IMG/VR virus record: IMGVR_UViG_2534681658_000022
Source of the DNA: a virus
Lineage: Duplodnaviria; Heunggongvirae; Uroviricota; Caudoviricetes
DNA: 38,034 nt
Reading direction: 5' to 3' (one strand)
Below are positions 19,066 through 28,075 of the stretch, in pieces; position 1 is the first letter of the stretch, and each line of letters opens with the position of its first letter. A program made the position numbers and the translations under genes. The notes below the pieces were generated by a model. It did no database searches. It saw only the letters and a list, made by a program, of their open reading frames with translations, and was not told the DNA's origin.

Positions 19066-19899
19066 TCAGCAATTGGTCAGAATGTCAGCGGGGGCGTTAC
19101 CGCCTGTTGCACGCTGGCGGTAGTCCTGGCGGCTGTCTTCATGACTCAGCTTATTCACCAGTTCGTTAAAGGCGGTCTGCTGTGCCTGCAGGGCAGTCTC
19201 CAGCTCAGACAGGCGTTCTTCCTGCTCAGACAGGGATTTTTCGGTGCGCGCACTCAGGTTCTGCTGCTCAGTGGCGACCAGTTCCACGGCCTTATGCACA
19301 TCAGAGAACCGGGCGTCATCGGACTGCTCTTTTTTGGTGAACAGCGCCGTGACACGGGCAAACAGGGACGGTTTGTCATCCTGGATTTCTTCCAGTTCGA
19401 TCACCGTTTCCTCTGCAGCGGTAAAAAGATTGGCGGGATTCTGCTTGCGGTTTGCCAGCGGGTTATGGGCTGCACTGGCGCTGAATGTCAGCATTTCAGT
19501 GCCCAGACTGGCAGGGTCATCAGTGGCAGCCAGGCCGACCAGGGAGGCTTTGCCCGTATCAGCAAACTTCGGGCTGACTTCCATAGAGGTGAATAATTTC
19601 TGGCCTTTTTTCACCAGTTCCACCAGGGACTCCGTTGGCTCAACGTCGGCATACAGCGCCATCTTGCCTGCCAGCGGGCCTTCCGTGATTTCTTCAGCAA
19701 ACAGCGCCGTCACCTTGCCGTAACGGTTAAAGGTGCTGTCCGGGAGATAAGACTTGATGTGCTCAAGGTTAATCAGCGCGGTATACACCGCCGGGTTGTA
19801 GCTGGCTGCCATCTGTTCCAGCCATTCACGCTGGATTTCGCGTCCGTCGGTGGTGGCACCTTCCACCCCGATGCGAAAACGCTTTGCTTTCACTGTCAT
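19066..19899 (-). CDS. O: Capsid scaffolding protein O
   Basis: 277 aa with FRIGVEG.T.DGR...INLEH near the N-terminus and ATGG...NC at the C-terminus, as in P2 gpO. Confidence 0.88.
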   Translation of the reverse strand: MTVKAKRFRIGVEGATTDGREIQREWLEQMAASYNPAVYTALINLEHIKSYLPDSTFNRYGKVTALFAEEITEGPLAGKMALYADVEPTESLVELVKKGQKLFTSMEVSPKFADTGKASLVGLAATDDPASLGTEMLTFSASAAHNPLANRKQNPANLFTAAEETVIELEEIQDDKPSLFARVTALFTKKEQSDDARFSDVHKAVELVATEQQNLSARTEKSLSEQEERLSELETALQAQQTAFNELVNKLSHEDSRQDYRQRATGGNAPADILTNC

Positions 19900-19977
19900 G
19901 AGCCGTGCTCCGTTAGAAATAACTTACTGGAGCCTTATGGTTGCGGTGATGGGGGTAGTGAAACAATGCGCGGTATT

Positions 19978-19995
19978 TGTACCGACAACCACACA
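19978..19995. promoter_or_regulatory. Candidate Ogr-type late-promoter activator site (TGT-N12-ACA)
   Basis: TGTACCGACAACCACACA in the divergent O/P intergenic region, about 45 bp upstream of the P start codon. Confidence 0.35.
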
Positions 19996-20041
19996 AACCG
20001 CAGGCGGGGAAAGCCTTCATTCAAGGCTGTAGGTTTGTGCC

Positions 20042-21808
20042 ATGAACACCACACTGACACCCGCAGATCTCGATCCCCGTCGGCAGGCCATGCTGCTGTA
20101 CTTTCAGGGATACCGCGTAGCCCGCATTGCTGAAATGCTGGGCGAGAAAGTTGCAACCGTTCACAGCTGGAAAAAACGCGACAAGTGGGGTGACTATGGG
20201 CCGCTGGATCAGATGCAGCTCACCACCGCCGCACGCTACTGCCAGCTCATTATGAAGGAGCACAAAGAAGGGAAAGATTTCAAAGAGATTGACCTGCTGG
20301 CGCGCCAGTCGGAACGCCACGCGCGGATCGGCAAGTTTAACAATGGCGGTAACGAAGCCGACTTAAACCCTAACGTCGCCAACCGCAACAAAGGCCCACG
20401 CCGTCAGCCGGAAAAGAACGTTTTCACCGATGAACAAATTGAGAAGCTGGAAGAAATTTTCCATTCCTCCATGTTCAACTACCAGCGCCACTGGTGGGAA
20501 GCCGGAAAAACCAACCGCATCCGCAACCTGCTGAAGTCTCGCCAGATCGGCGCGACCTTCTATTTTGCCCGTGAAGCCCTGATTGACGCCCTGCTGACCG
20601 GACGTAACCAGATTTTCCTTTCCGCCAGCAAGGCACAGGCCCACGTCTTTAAGCAGTACATCATCGACTTCGCCAAAGAAGTGGAGGTGGAGCTGAAAGG
20701 CGATCCGATGGTGCTTCCTAACGGGGCCACGCTTTACTTCCTCGGCACCAATGCCCGCACGGCCCAGAGTTATCACGGCAACCTGTATCTGGATGAATAT
20801 TTCTGGATCCCAAAATTCCAGGAGTTGCGCAAAGTGGCTTCCGGTATGGCTATTCACAAGAAATGGCGGCAGACCTATTTTTCCACACCATCCAGTCTGA
20901 CCCACAGTGCTTATCCGTTCTGGTCCGGTGCGCTGTTCAACCGTGGGCGCAACAAAGCTGACAAGGTGGACATCGACCTGTCCCACAGCAATCTGGCCCC
21001 CGGCCTGCTGTGCGCAGACGGGCAATACCGCCAGATAGTCACCGTGGAAGATGCGGTGCGCGGCGGCTGTAACCTGTTCGACCTTGACCAGTTGCGCATG
21101 GAGTACAGCCCGGACGAATACCAGAACCTGCTGATGTGCGAGTTTGTTGACGATCTCGCGTCCGTGTTCCCGCTCAGCGAGCTGCAGGCGTGCATGGTGG
21201 ACAGCTGGGAAGTCTGGACCGACTTTCATGCACTGGCTCTGCGCCCGTTTGGCTGGCGCGAAGTGTGGATCGGTTATGACCCGGCAAAAGGTACGCAGAA
21301 CGGCGACAGCGCCGGGTGCGTGGTGGTGGCACCGCCAGCCGTGCCTGGTGGTAAGTTCCGCATTCTTGAGCGTCACCAGTGGCGCGGGATGGACTTCCGC
21401 GCCCAGGCTGACGCCATCAAAAAACTGACCGAGCAGTACAACGTGACCTACATCGGCATCGACTCGACCGGCGTCGGCCACGGGGTTTACGAGAACGTGA
21501 AAGCGTTTTTTCCAGCCGTCCGGGAGTTTGTCTACAACCCCAACGTTAAAAACGCTCTGGTACTCAAGGCCTACGACATTATCAGCCACCGCCGTCTGGA
21601 GTTTGACGCCGGGCACACCGACATTGCGCAGTCATTCATGGCAATCCGTCGCGCCACCACCGCCAGTGGCAACCGCCCAACCTATGAAGCCAGCCGCAGC
21701 GAAGAAGCCAGCCACGCCGATCTGGCCTGGGCAACAATGCACGCACTGTTTAACGAACCGCTGCAGGGCGAGTCCGCCAATACCAGCAATATTGTGGAGA
21801 TTTTTTGA
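20042..21808 (+). CDS. P: Terminase ATPase (large) subunit P
   Basis: 588-aa ORF divergent from O, upstream of the portal gene. Confidence 0.92.
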   Translation: MNTTLTPADLDPRRQAMLLYFQGYRVARIAEMLGEKVATVHSWKKRDKWGDYGPLDQMQLTTAARYCQLIMKEHKEGKDFKEIDLLARQSERHARIGKFNNGGNEADLNPNVANRNKGPRRQPEKNVFTDEQIEKLEEIFHSSMFNYQRHWWEAGKTNRIRNLLKSRQIGATFYFAREALIDALLTGRNQIFLSASKAQAHVFKQYIIDFAKEVEVELKGDPMVLPNGATLYFLGTNARTAQSYHGNLYLDEYFWIPKFQELRKVASGMAIHKKWRQTYFSTPSSLTHSAYPFWSGALFNRGRNKADKVDIDLSHSNLAPGLLCADGQYRQIVTVEDAVRGGCNLFDLDQLRMEYSPDEYQNLLMCEFVDDLASVFPLSELQACMVDSWEVWTDFHALALRPFGWREVWIGYDPAKGTQNGDSAGCVVVAPPAVPGGKFRILERHQWRGMDFRAQADAIKKLTEQYNVTYIGIDSTGVGHGVYENVKAFFPAVREFVYNPNVKNALVLKAYDIISHRRLEFDAGHTDIAQSFMAIRRATTASGNRPTYEASRSEEASHADLAWATMHALFNEPLQGESANTSNIVEIF

Positions 21809-22836
21809 TGGGAAAGAGTAAGAAGAACCGCGCTGCGTCGACGAAACAGATTCAGCATAAAAGCCAGACTTCAGCCGAAGCATTCAGCTTCGGTGATCCC
21901 GTTCCTGTTCTGGACCGCCGCGAATTGCTGGACTATGTGGAATGCGTACAGATGGATCGCTGGTATGAGCCGCCCGTCAGCTTTGACGGACTGGCACGAA
22001 CCTTCCGCGCCGCCGTGCATCACAGCTCACCGATTGCGGTGAAATGCAACATTCTGACCAGCACCTACATCCCTCACCCGCTGCTCAGCCAGCAGGCTTT
22101 TTCACGTTTTGTGCAGGACTATCTGGTATTCGGTAACGCCTACCTGGAGAAACGCACGAATCGATTCGGTGAAGTTATCGCCCTTGAGCCTGCGCTGGCA
22201 AAATACACCCGACGCGGATTAGATCTGGATACCTACTGGTTTGTGCAATACGGCATGACTACGCAGCCGTATCAGTTCACGAAAGGCAGCATCTTTCATC
22301 TGATGGAACCGGATATCAACCAGGAGATCTACGGCCTGCCCGGTTATCTTTCTGCCATTCCGTCAGCCCTGCTCAACGAGTCCGCCACGCTGTTCCGCCG
22401 CAAGTATTACATTAACGGCAGTCATGCAGGCTTCATCATGTACATGACCGATGCAGCGCAGAACCAGGAGGATGTGAACAACCTCCGCAATGCGATGAAA
22501 AGCGCCAAAGGTCCAGGCAACTTCCGCAACCTGTTTATGTACTCACCTAACGGCAAAAAGGATGGTCTTCAGATTATCCCGTTGTCAGAAGTCGCGGCGA
22601 AGGATGAATTTCTGAATATCAAAAATGTCAGCCGCGACGACATGATGGCTGCGCACCGCGTGCCGCCGCAAATGATGGGGATTATGCCTAATAATGTTGG
22701 AGGGTTTGGGGATGTAGAGAAAGCTAGTAAGGTTTTTGTTATAAATGAACTGATACCTTTACAAAAACGGTTACAAGAACTAAATTATTGGATAGATGAA
22801 GATATAATCCAATTTGAAGATTATAGTTTAACTTAA
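21805..22836 (+). CDS. Q: Portal protein Q
   Basis: 343-aa ORF overlapping the P stop by 4 nt; the P2 gpQ position. Confidence 0.9.
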   Translation: MMGKSKKNRAASTKQIQHKSQTSAEAFSFGDPVPVLDRRELLDYVECVQMDRWYEPPVSFDGLARTFRAAVHHSSPIAVKCNILTSTYIPHPLLSQQAFSRFVQDYLVFGNAYLEKRTNRFGEVIALEPALAKYTRRGLDLDTYWFVQYGMTTQPYQFTKGSIFHLMEPDINQEIYGLPGYLSAIPSALLNESATLFRRKYYINGSHAGFIMYMTDAAQNQEDVNNLRNAMKSAKGPGNFRNLFMYSPNGKKDGLQIIPLSEVAAKDEFLNIKNVSRDDMMAAHRVPPQMMGIMPNNVGGFGDVEKASKVFVINELIPLQKRLQELNYWIDEDIIQFEDYSLT

Positions 22837-22873
22837 ATAATGATAACACAGGGCCTAGAATCGGCCCTAAAAA

Positions 22874-23545
22874 TTAAAAACCAAGCTCATCTCTGATTCT
22901 TGGGAATTTTTTCATTACTCGAATATCAGTTAATAAATGCCAACGCCAAAAAACAGAAAATGGATATGATACATTACACATTGGCTTTAGCTTATTCTTG
23001 GCCTCTTGGATTTCTTGTTCTGTGCTTCGATCACTGACAAGTTTCATTCTCCAACCAGTAAAGTAAAACAATTCATCTTGTAACTTCTCTGAGAGATTTG
23101 CTCTTGTAATGCCCCTCAACCCCGTACTCGAAGAGTTAAAACACTTATCTAATAATTTGACTGTATTTAAAACCTTTCTACTTGGTCTTTTTCTTCTTGG
23201 GTATACTTGAACACCACTCGTTATAGCGTTCCCTGCGAGATGAACAATCTCACTGAAAACATCAACATCACTCTTTGTGCAATCAAGTAAGTTTTCAAAA
23301 GAATCACTTTTAATACTATTGCATCGACTGCAAGCTAAAAATAGATTGTTCCAATCATATTTGAGCTCATCAAGATCACGATGTGGAATAAAATGTTCTA
23401 TCTCTGGATCCATAAGATTACCTTGCTCACAGAGATAACATTTTCCATGAAATATTTCGTCTAAAGCATTTACAACTGTTTTATGGTTATATACTTTTCT
23501 CGACAAGCATTGAGGTGCAGGAATATTTCTAGTAACATTAAACAT
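22874..23545 (-). CDS. HNH endonuclease, Septu PtuB-like
   Basis: 223 aa with an N-terminal HNH motif (HGKCYLCE...EIEHFIPH...NLFLACSRCNSIK). AT-rich. Overlaps the upstream ATPase gene by 8 nt. Confidence 0.75.
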   Translation of the reverse strand: MFNVTRNIPAPQCLSRKVYNHKTVVNALDEIFHGKCYLCEQGNLMDPEIEHFIPHRDLDELKYDWNNLFLACSRCNSIKSDSFENLLDCTKSDVDVFSEIVHLAGNAITSGVQVYPRRKRPSRKVLNTVKLLDKCFNSSSTGLRGITRANLSEKLQDELFYFTGWRMKLVSDRSTEQEIQEAKNKLKPMCNVSYPFSVFWRWHLLTDIRVMKKFPRIRDELGF

Positions 23546-24776
23546 CGTCTTCCCTTTCGCTATAATCTAAATATTTACTCTTAGCGATCATAAAAGCTGC
23601 TTTTGAACTTTTATCAAGAAAATCAATACTCTTCTGTAACGTTTTCATTATAGAATGAAATCTATCGTCGAAGACATTATTTTCTACTAAAGTCATTAAT
23701 TCTTTAACTAATGCATTTAGCTTATCCGAAGATACATCCTCACCCAACAATCCCTTTATAATTGCTGTGTAAGAATACAATGATAAATCACCCATCTGAT
23801 CCAATGTTGAGAGATTAAATATAATCGCATCAGATACTGATTGGATTACGAAAGGTGAATGCGTAGAAACAATAAATTGTATTTGCGGAAAAGATGATGA
23901 AAAAAAACTAAATACTTTCTTTTGCAATGTTACATGAAGATGAGCATCAATTTCATCAATAAGTACTATCCCTGTCATATCATGTTTTCTGATTTTATCA
24001 AGCTCTGCTTTTATCAATAAATCAGTATAAATAGAAAGAATTGATGAAAAACCAGATGACAACTTATCAAGTCCAAATGGTTCCTTATTATTTTGTAAAA
24101 GATAGATTTTCAACTTGTCGAGATCAAAATCCATTCTAATACTTTCATCTTCAAAAAGTTCTTTTAAGTCATCATTAATACTCTCAATAATATCAAAGGC
24201 TCTTTTATAGTCATCATCCTTGCCCACTCCCTTACTGACTAAAGCATAATTCCACAATGTAACTATGTATCTTTCAAAATACATACCAGCATCAATCTTA
24301 GAATTATTTCTCTGTGCGTTCCCATACTCAGTTAACAACAAATCGAGGCTGCTAATCTTACCATCATTTTTTATTTTCGCTTCTCGAATAGCAGGAAATA
24401 ATCTTATAATTGATTTTTTCTTTTTTGCAGCAACCCTGAAATCAACCACATCATTAAAAGTAATATCAAAGCTCTCAAATTCTTTTAATTTTTCTTTCAG
24501 TCTCTCAATTTCTTCGTTTAAATAGCTATAATTACCATCCCCTCTATTTGAATACTTTAAGTTTTCTTGACTGGAATTCAATTCCTTTTGTAGCTGCTCC
24601 TTAGTATAAGGATCATGTGAATTAATCGATTTTTCTATAAACTCATAAATATTCTCGATCAACCTAGTTTTACCAGAGCCATTATCTCCTGATATTATTA
24701 GATTCTTACCATCAAGATTTAATGTGTAAGGCTCATCGTTCCTTTTAAAGAAGATAGTTTCGATGAAATGTCGCAT
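23538..24776 (-). CDS. ABC/AAA-type ATPase, Septu PtuA-like
   Basis: Walker A GDNGSGKT, Walker B/D-loop VLIDEIDAHLH, and STHSP motif. Start set at the ATG preceded by GGGAGG; the tracked ORF starts at 24791. Confidence 0.75.
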   Translation of the reverse strand: MRHFIETIFFKRNDEPYTLNLDGKNLIISGDNGSGKTRLIENIYEFIEKSINSHDPYTKEQLQKELNSSQENLKYSNRGDGNYSYLNEEIERLKEKLKEFESFDITFNDVVDFRVAAKKKKSIIRLFPAIREAKIKNDGKISSLDLLLTEYGNAQRNNSKIDAGMYFERYIVTLWNYALVSKGVGKDDDYKRAFDIIESINDDLKELFEDESIRMDFDLDKLKIYLLQNNKEPFGLDKLSSGFSSILSIYTDLLIKAELDKIRKHDMTGIVLIDEIDAHLHVTLQKKVFSFFSSSFPQIQFIVSTHSPFVIQSVSDAIIFNLSTLDQMGDLSLYSYTAIIKGLLGEDVSSDKLNALVKELMTLVENNVFDDRFHSIMKTLQKSIDFLDKSSKAAFMIAKSKYLDYSEREDDV

Positions 24777-24866
24777 TATTCCTCCCGTCATACTTAATAG
24801 CTTTTAGATAATATGACATTACATGTTAGATTTCATCCGTTTTGTGAACATATCCACTGCCGCGCG

Positions 24867-24885
24867 CTCGTATCCCCGCCACGCC
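24867..24885. other. Putative cos site (cohesive end)
   Basis: Minus-strand GGCGTGGCGGGGATACGAG; the first 13 nt match the 186/P2-type 19-nt cohesive end as I recall it (GGCGTGGCGGGGAAAGCAT). Sits in a GC-rich patch inside the AT-rich hotspot. Confidence 0.45.
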
Positions 24886-25228
24886 TGCCCGCTTTATGTA
24901 GTGGTTTTCATGCGCCTGCATGACATAAGAAAAAGCCCGCCACTCCTGGCAGGCCTCAGCAAAAACGATCCTCTAACGATCATGCGATCTCATTCGTCAT
25001 AGTCATGCACAGCCAAGGGAAGCGTAAATCCGTATCTGAATGACCGCTGAAAAGCTAATCATACGGGTTTACAAAGATGAAAGTCCGCTGTGAGCGAAAA
25101 GCGGATATTTCCATTGTTTTATCTTGATCTAGTAAAAACAATACCCTCTTTACAAACAAAAATAATGAGTTACTATTTGCAGCACCTTTTAACCCAAAGG
25201 TTTATAATTAAAAAGGAATGGCATACCG

Positions 25229-25882
25229 ATGAATAAATACAAACTTTTCGCACAGCTATCAAGATATTCATTTGAAGCGCAGATTGATGATTTCGAAAAA
25301 TATATCCTAGGAGCAGGCGGCCAAAACAGAGTTGACTTATCGGAATTAAAAAAAGCATATGAAGATGAAAAAAAGAATGCTCCTGACGATTATATTAATT
25401 ACTTAGAAGACTATTATTCAGAGCAATATGATTTCTTAGTTAACATACAACCAAATATTTTTAATAAATCTGCTTTGGTATCTTTATACTCATGCTTAGA
25501 GCACAACCTAAACGACTATTGCAATATATGTCAAAGGATTGTAAACACCAATATATCAGTAACCGATTTTAATGGTGATGGCATCCACAAAGCAAAAAGA
25601 TATTTAACAAAATTAATGGATATAAACTTTGGCCTGTCACAAGAGTGGCGATTCATGACAGAGTTTAACAAAGTAAGGAATTGCATAGTTCATGCTAATG
25701 GAGACATTAAAAAAATGAGCACAGCTGTAGCCTTAAAAGATATCATTGATAAAACACCTACTCTTTCATTAAACAATGAAAATAATATAATAATCTCCTT
25801 AAATTATTTAAAAGATACTATCACAAAAATTAGAAAACTCTTTCAATGGTTATATACACATCTGGATCAATCATCGAAATGA
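25229..25882 (+). CDS. Hypothetical protein with HEPN-type RNxxxH motif (candidate abortive-infection effector)
   Basis: 217-aa AT-rich ORF with TATAAT at 25203-25208 upstream. Motif RNCIVH at residues about 151-156. No recognisable phage function. Confidence 0.55.
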   Translation: MNKYKLFAQLSRYSFEAQIDDFEKYILGAGGQNRVDLSELKKAYEDEKKNAPDDYINYLEDYYSEQYDFLVNIQPNIFNKSALVSLYSCLEHNLNDYCNICQRIVNTNISVTDFNGDGIHKAKRYLTKLMDINFGLSQEWRFMTEFNKVRNCIVHANGDIKKMSTAVALKDIIDKTPTLSLNNENNIIISLNYLKDTITKIRKLFQWLYTHLDQSSK

Positions 25883-25982
25883 ATACGATAACATCTCAGT
25901 TTGTTATTGGTCTATTTTTGAAAACAGCTATCGATGATATTAGTCTGTTCTTCGTCAATTAATATGCAATCCGTTCATGACA

Positions 25983-26004
25983 CAGGGCTGCTGTTACAGC
26001 CCTG
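25983..26004. terminator. Hairpin between convergent hotspot genes (possible bidirectional terminator)
   Basis: CAGGGCTG-CTGTTA-CAGCCCTG perfect 8-bp stem; no strong T-tract. Confidence 0.3.
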
Positions 26005-26134
26005 ACAACCTTAGACTTCAATCGATTCAGAGATCTCTAACGCATCATCACCCGTTGAACTCACAGCGATAAGTAGACGCTGGCGGCAATAACACAGAAG
26101 TGTAGCGGGAATTTGAACCACATAATTTGGTTTG

Positions 26135-27001
26135 TTAGATGGCTTTGCTTCGATATTCAATTTCTAAAATCGCCTTTGTCATTGCCGCAATAGTTATAGC
26201 TTCTACCATAGTCAATTCAGGCTTGTTCAAGCTTCCGTGTCCAGCAGTAGGTAATTTGTTACGTAAATCATAAATATCTTTAACAGCATCAATAAGATTC
26301 TTAGGTAATTTTGACATTTTTTCGAACTGTTTAAAAAAACCACCCAATGACTCATTTGCCACATTCGGGTTTTGAGTGATTTCCTTAGCCATAGTTTCTA
26401 AAACATTAGAGGCTGCGTGCAGTGCACCTGCCGGATCATTATTATCCAAGCAATTATTCATTCTATCTATTTGCTGAACGATATTTGGGTGCAATCTCTT
26501 TAAGTAATCACTAGCCAATTCTTCATTGAAATTTTTGACACTTTCAAAAACATCGCAATCTAAATAAAATTTAGGATTGACTGACATCCATGTATATTTC
26601 CAATCATTTTCTAAATTATCTTTTTCCGCAATACGCCTGCCAGTGTCCTGATCTATCTCATCAACATATTTACACATATAATCGGCGTAGTAGTGTAAAT
26701 ATCTAAATGATATTTCTGGGCAAAAATTACTAACTGATGCAAGGCCGCCATATTCTTTTGTAGTAACTGTAGGGACTTCTTCATCACATAAAGATGAGAA
26801 AGTGGTTCTTTCCCAAAATTCGCCCAACTCTTTTTCTTTCCTAGTTGCCATACCAGCTATCATATTGATGCTTGAGAGCAAAACTACACTCTGATAGTAT
26901 CGAGGACATCTGTATGAACTAGCATATGGGCATATTGATGATGCTTTACGATTAATACGCTCTTTTTCCCACCAATTTTTATCAGGAATAATTCTTTGCA
27001 T
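26135..27001 (-). CDS. Hypothetical protein, Cys-rich N-terminus (uncharacterised hotspot cargo)
   Basis: 288-aa AT-rich ORF, convergent with the 217-aa gene. N-terminal cysteines (CPY...C.RYY...CPE...CKY); C-terminal region with LRNKLPTAGHG. No recognised family; the true start may be a downstream Met. Confidence 0.55.
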   Translation of the reverse strand: MQRIIPDKNWWEKERINRKASSICPYASSYRCPRYYQSVVLLSSINMIAGMATRKEKELGEFWERTTFSSLCDEEVPTVTTKEYGGLASVSNFCPEISFRYLHYYADYMCKYVDEIDQDTGRRIAEKDNLENDWKYTWMSVNPKFYLDCDVFESVKNFNEELASDYLKRLHPNIVQQIDRMNNCLDNNDPAGALHAASNVLETMAKEITQNPNVANESLGGFFKQFEKMSKLPKNLIDAVKDIYDLRNKLPTAGHGSLNKPELTMVEAITIAAMTKAILEIEYRSKAI

Positions 27002-27489
27002 AATTTAGCTACTATCTCACGAGTGAATGAATGTTTAGCCTTCTGCACAGTTTATCAGTTCCGGCATGCCTACTGCTACCCCACTGATTCAACTTCAAGT
27101 TATGAGTTAAAGCGATTCGGTTTCGCTAGATGACACACTAGTGTTAATTTATGGATAAAAATTTATCACTTAAAATTAACTAATGCCTGTTGCGACCAAA
27201 AGTGTGCTGGAATATTATTTTCGTCTGGCCTATTATCAAGCTAATTATCCAAATTAGAGTTACTCTCATTCATCAGCAACAAATAAATACACCTGTTCAC
27301 TTTCTCAAAGTGTTCCTGTTTTATTTTTAAAGCAAACAACGCCGCCTATTCGTCCGAATGTACAACAAACATCAGGTTCTGACACAAAGTGGACGATCAC
27401 TTATCAAAATGACCGCCCACCTTACACCTCATTTCACTCGTTGCCCAAACTCCCCCCAACAGGATAAATCCTCTTGGGGGCAACGTTTC

Positions 27490-27723
27490 TTAATGCAGCC
27501 AGCTGTCGTCTTCCCACACCTTCTGCATAATTTTCAGCACTTGTTTTCTTTCTTCGTCCAGTTGCAGTCCGGTCAGTTCCACACCGTTAGAGCTACCTTT
27601 GCGGATACGAATTACCGTTTTGGGATACAGGGGGCGCAGATTGCGGTAAAGCTCGGATTCAAGGGCATCCAGGGTAGACTGGCTAATCTTCTGCTCTTTA
27701 TCGATCATTATTTCAATGCGCAT
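27490..27723 (-). CDS. DinI-family protein (Tum C-terminal-like)
   Basis: 77-aa product MRIEIMIDKEQKISQSTLDALESELYRNL...VWEDDSWLH matches the DinI fold signature. GAGGTGA RBS. Hairpin terminator just downstream, about 27455-27485. Confidence 0.75.
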   Translation of the reverse strand: MRIEIMIDKEQKISQSTLDALESELYRNLRPLYPKTVIRIRKGSSNGVELTGLQLDEERKQVLKIMQKVWEDDSWLH

Positions 27724-27733
27724 AAAAGTCACC

Positions 27734-27922
27734 TCAGCTGATGACATCCATTGAGCGGTTGTATTCGTGGGTTCTGATTTTTGCCATGAGTTCATCAGTC
27801 AATTCAGAAACCCACTGCAGAGCCAGCCCCTTCTCTTCATCACTACACTCACTAGCCGCTACAAGCTTAAGAAAAAAATCAATGCGCTGGAGCTTCAAAG
27901 ACTCCAAAAAATAGTCCTGCAT
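27734..27922 (-). CDS. Small SOS-regulated protein (possible Tum N-terminal-like antirepressor segment)
   Basis: 62-aa ORF starting MQDYFLESL with GGAGGAAAG RBS, directly downstream of a LexA box; its end overlaps the dinI-like start in another frame. Confidence 0.45.
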   Translation of the reverse strand: MQDYFLESLKLQRIDFFLKLVAASECSDEEKGLALQWVSELTDELMAKIRTHEYNRSMDVIS

Positions 27923-27965
27923 CTTTCCTCCTATAACACCACGAGCAATACTGTATACATGACCA

Positions 27966-27981
27966 CTGTTTATATTTACAG
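27966..27981. promoter_or_regulatory. LexA (SOS) box
   Basis: CTGTTTATATTTACAG fits the CTGT-N8-ACAG consensus and overlaps a TATA-rich -10-like region for the minus-strand small ORF/dinI-like operon. Confidence 0.6.
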
Positions 27982-28075
27982 TATATAATAATCTTACTGA
28001 TGTAAAACGTTTTTTTACGTTCATCAGCCTGATATGCCTGGTATTATTAAGAGCACGAATTGTTAATCCGCGTAA

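Noticed and set aside
17622-19169. Several plus-strand ORFs of 150-220 aa (17622-18140, 18507-19169, 19141-19723)
   Set aside because: All are antisense to the M, N and O head genes, whose translations are clearly protein-like.
20363-21616. 417-aa minus-strand ORF
   Set aside because: Entirely antisense to the terminase large subunit gene P, which has a clear protein-like translation; no RBS or independent support.
24776-24791. Upstream ATG start for the PtuA-like ATPase (MTGGIM...)
   Set aside because: That ATG lies inside the GGGAGG ribosome-binding sequence; the downstream ATG at 24776 has proper spacing.
27358-27741. 127-aa plus-strand ORF
   Set aside because: Overlaps the dinI-like gene on the opposite strand and spans the terminator hairpin; no RBS.
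27940-27965. Second LexA box next to the one called (CTGTATACATGACCAC)
   Set aside because: Has CTGT but lacks the matching ACAG half-site at the correct spacing; treated as AT-rich promoter sequence only.
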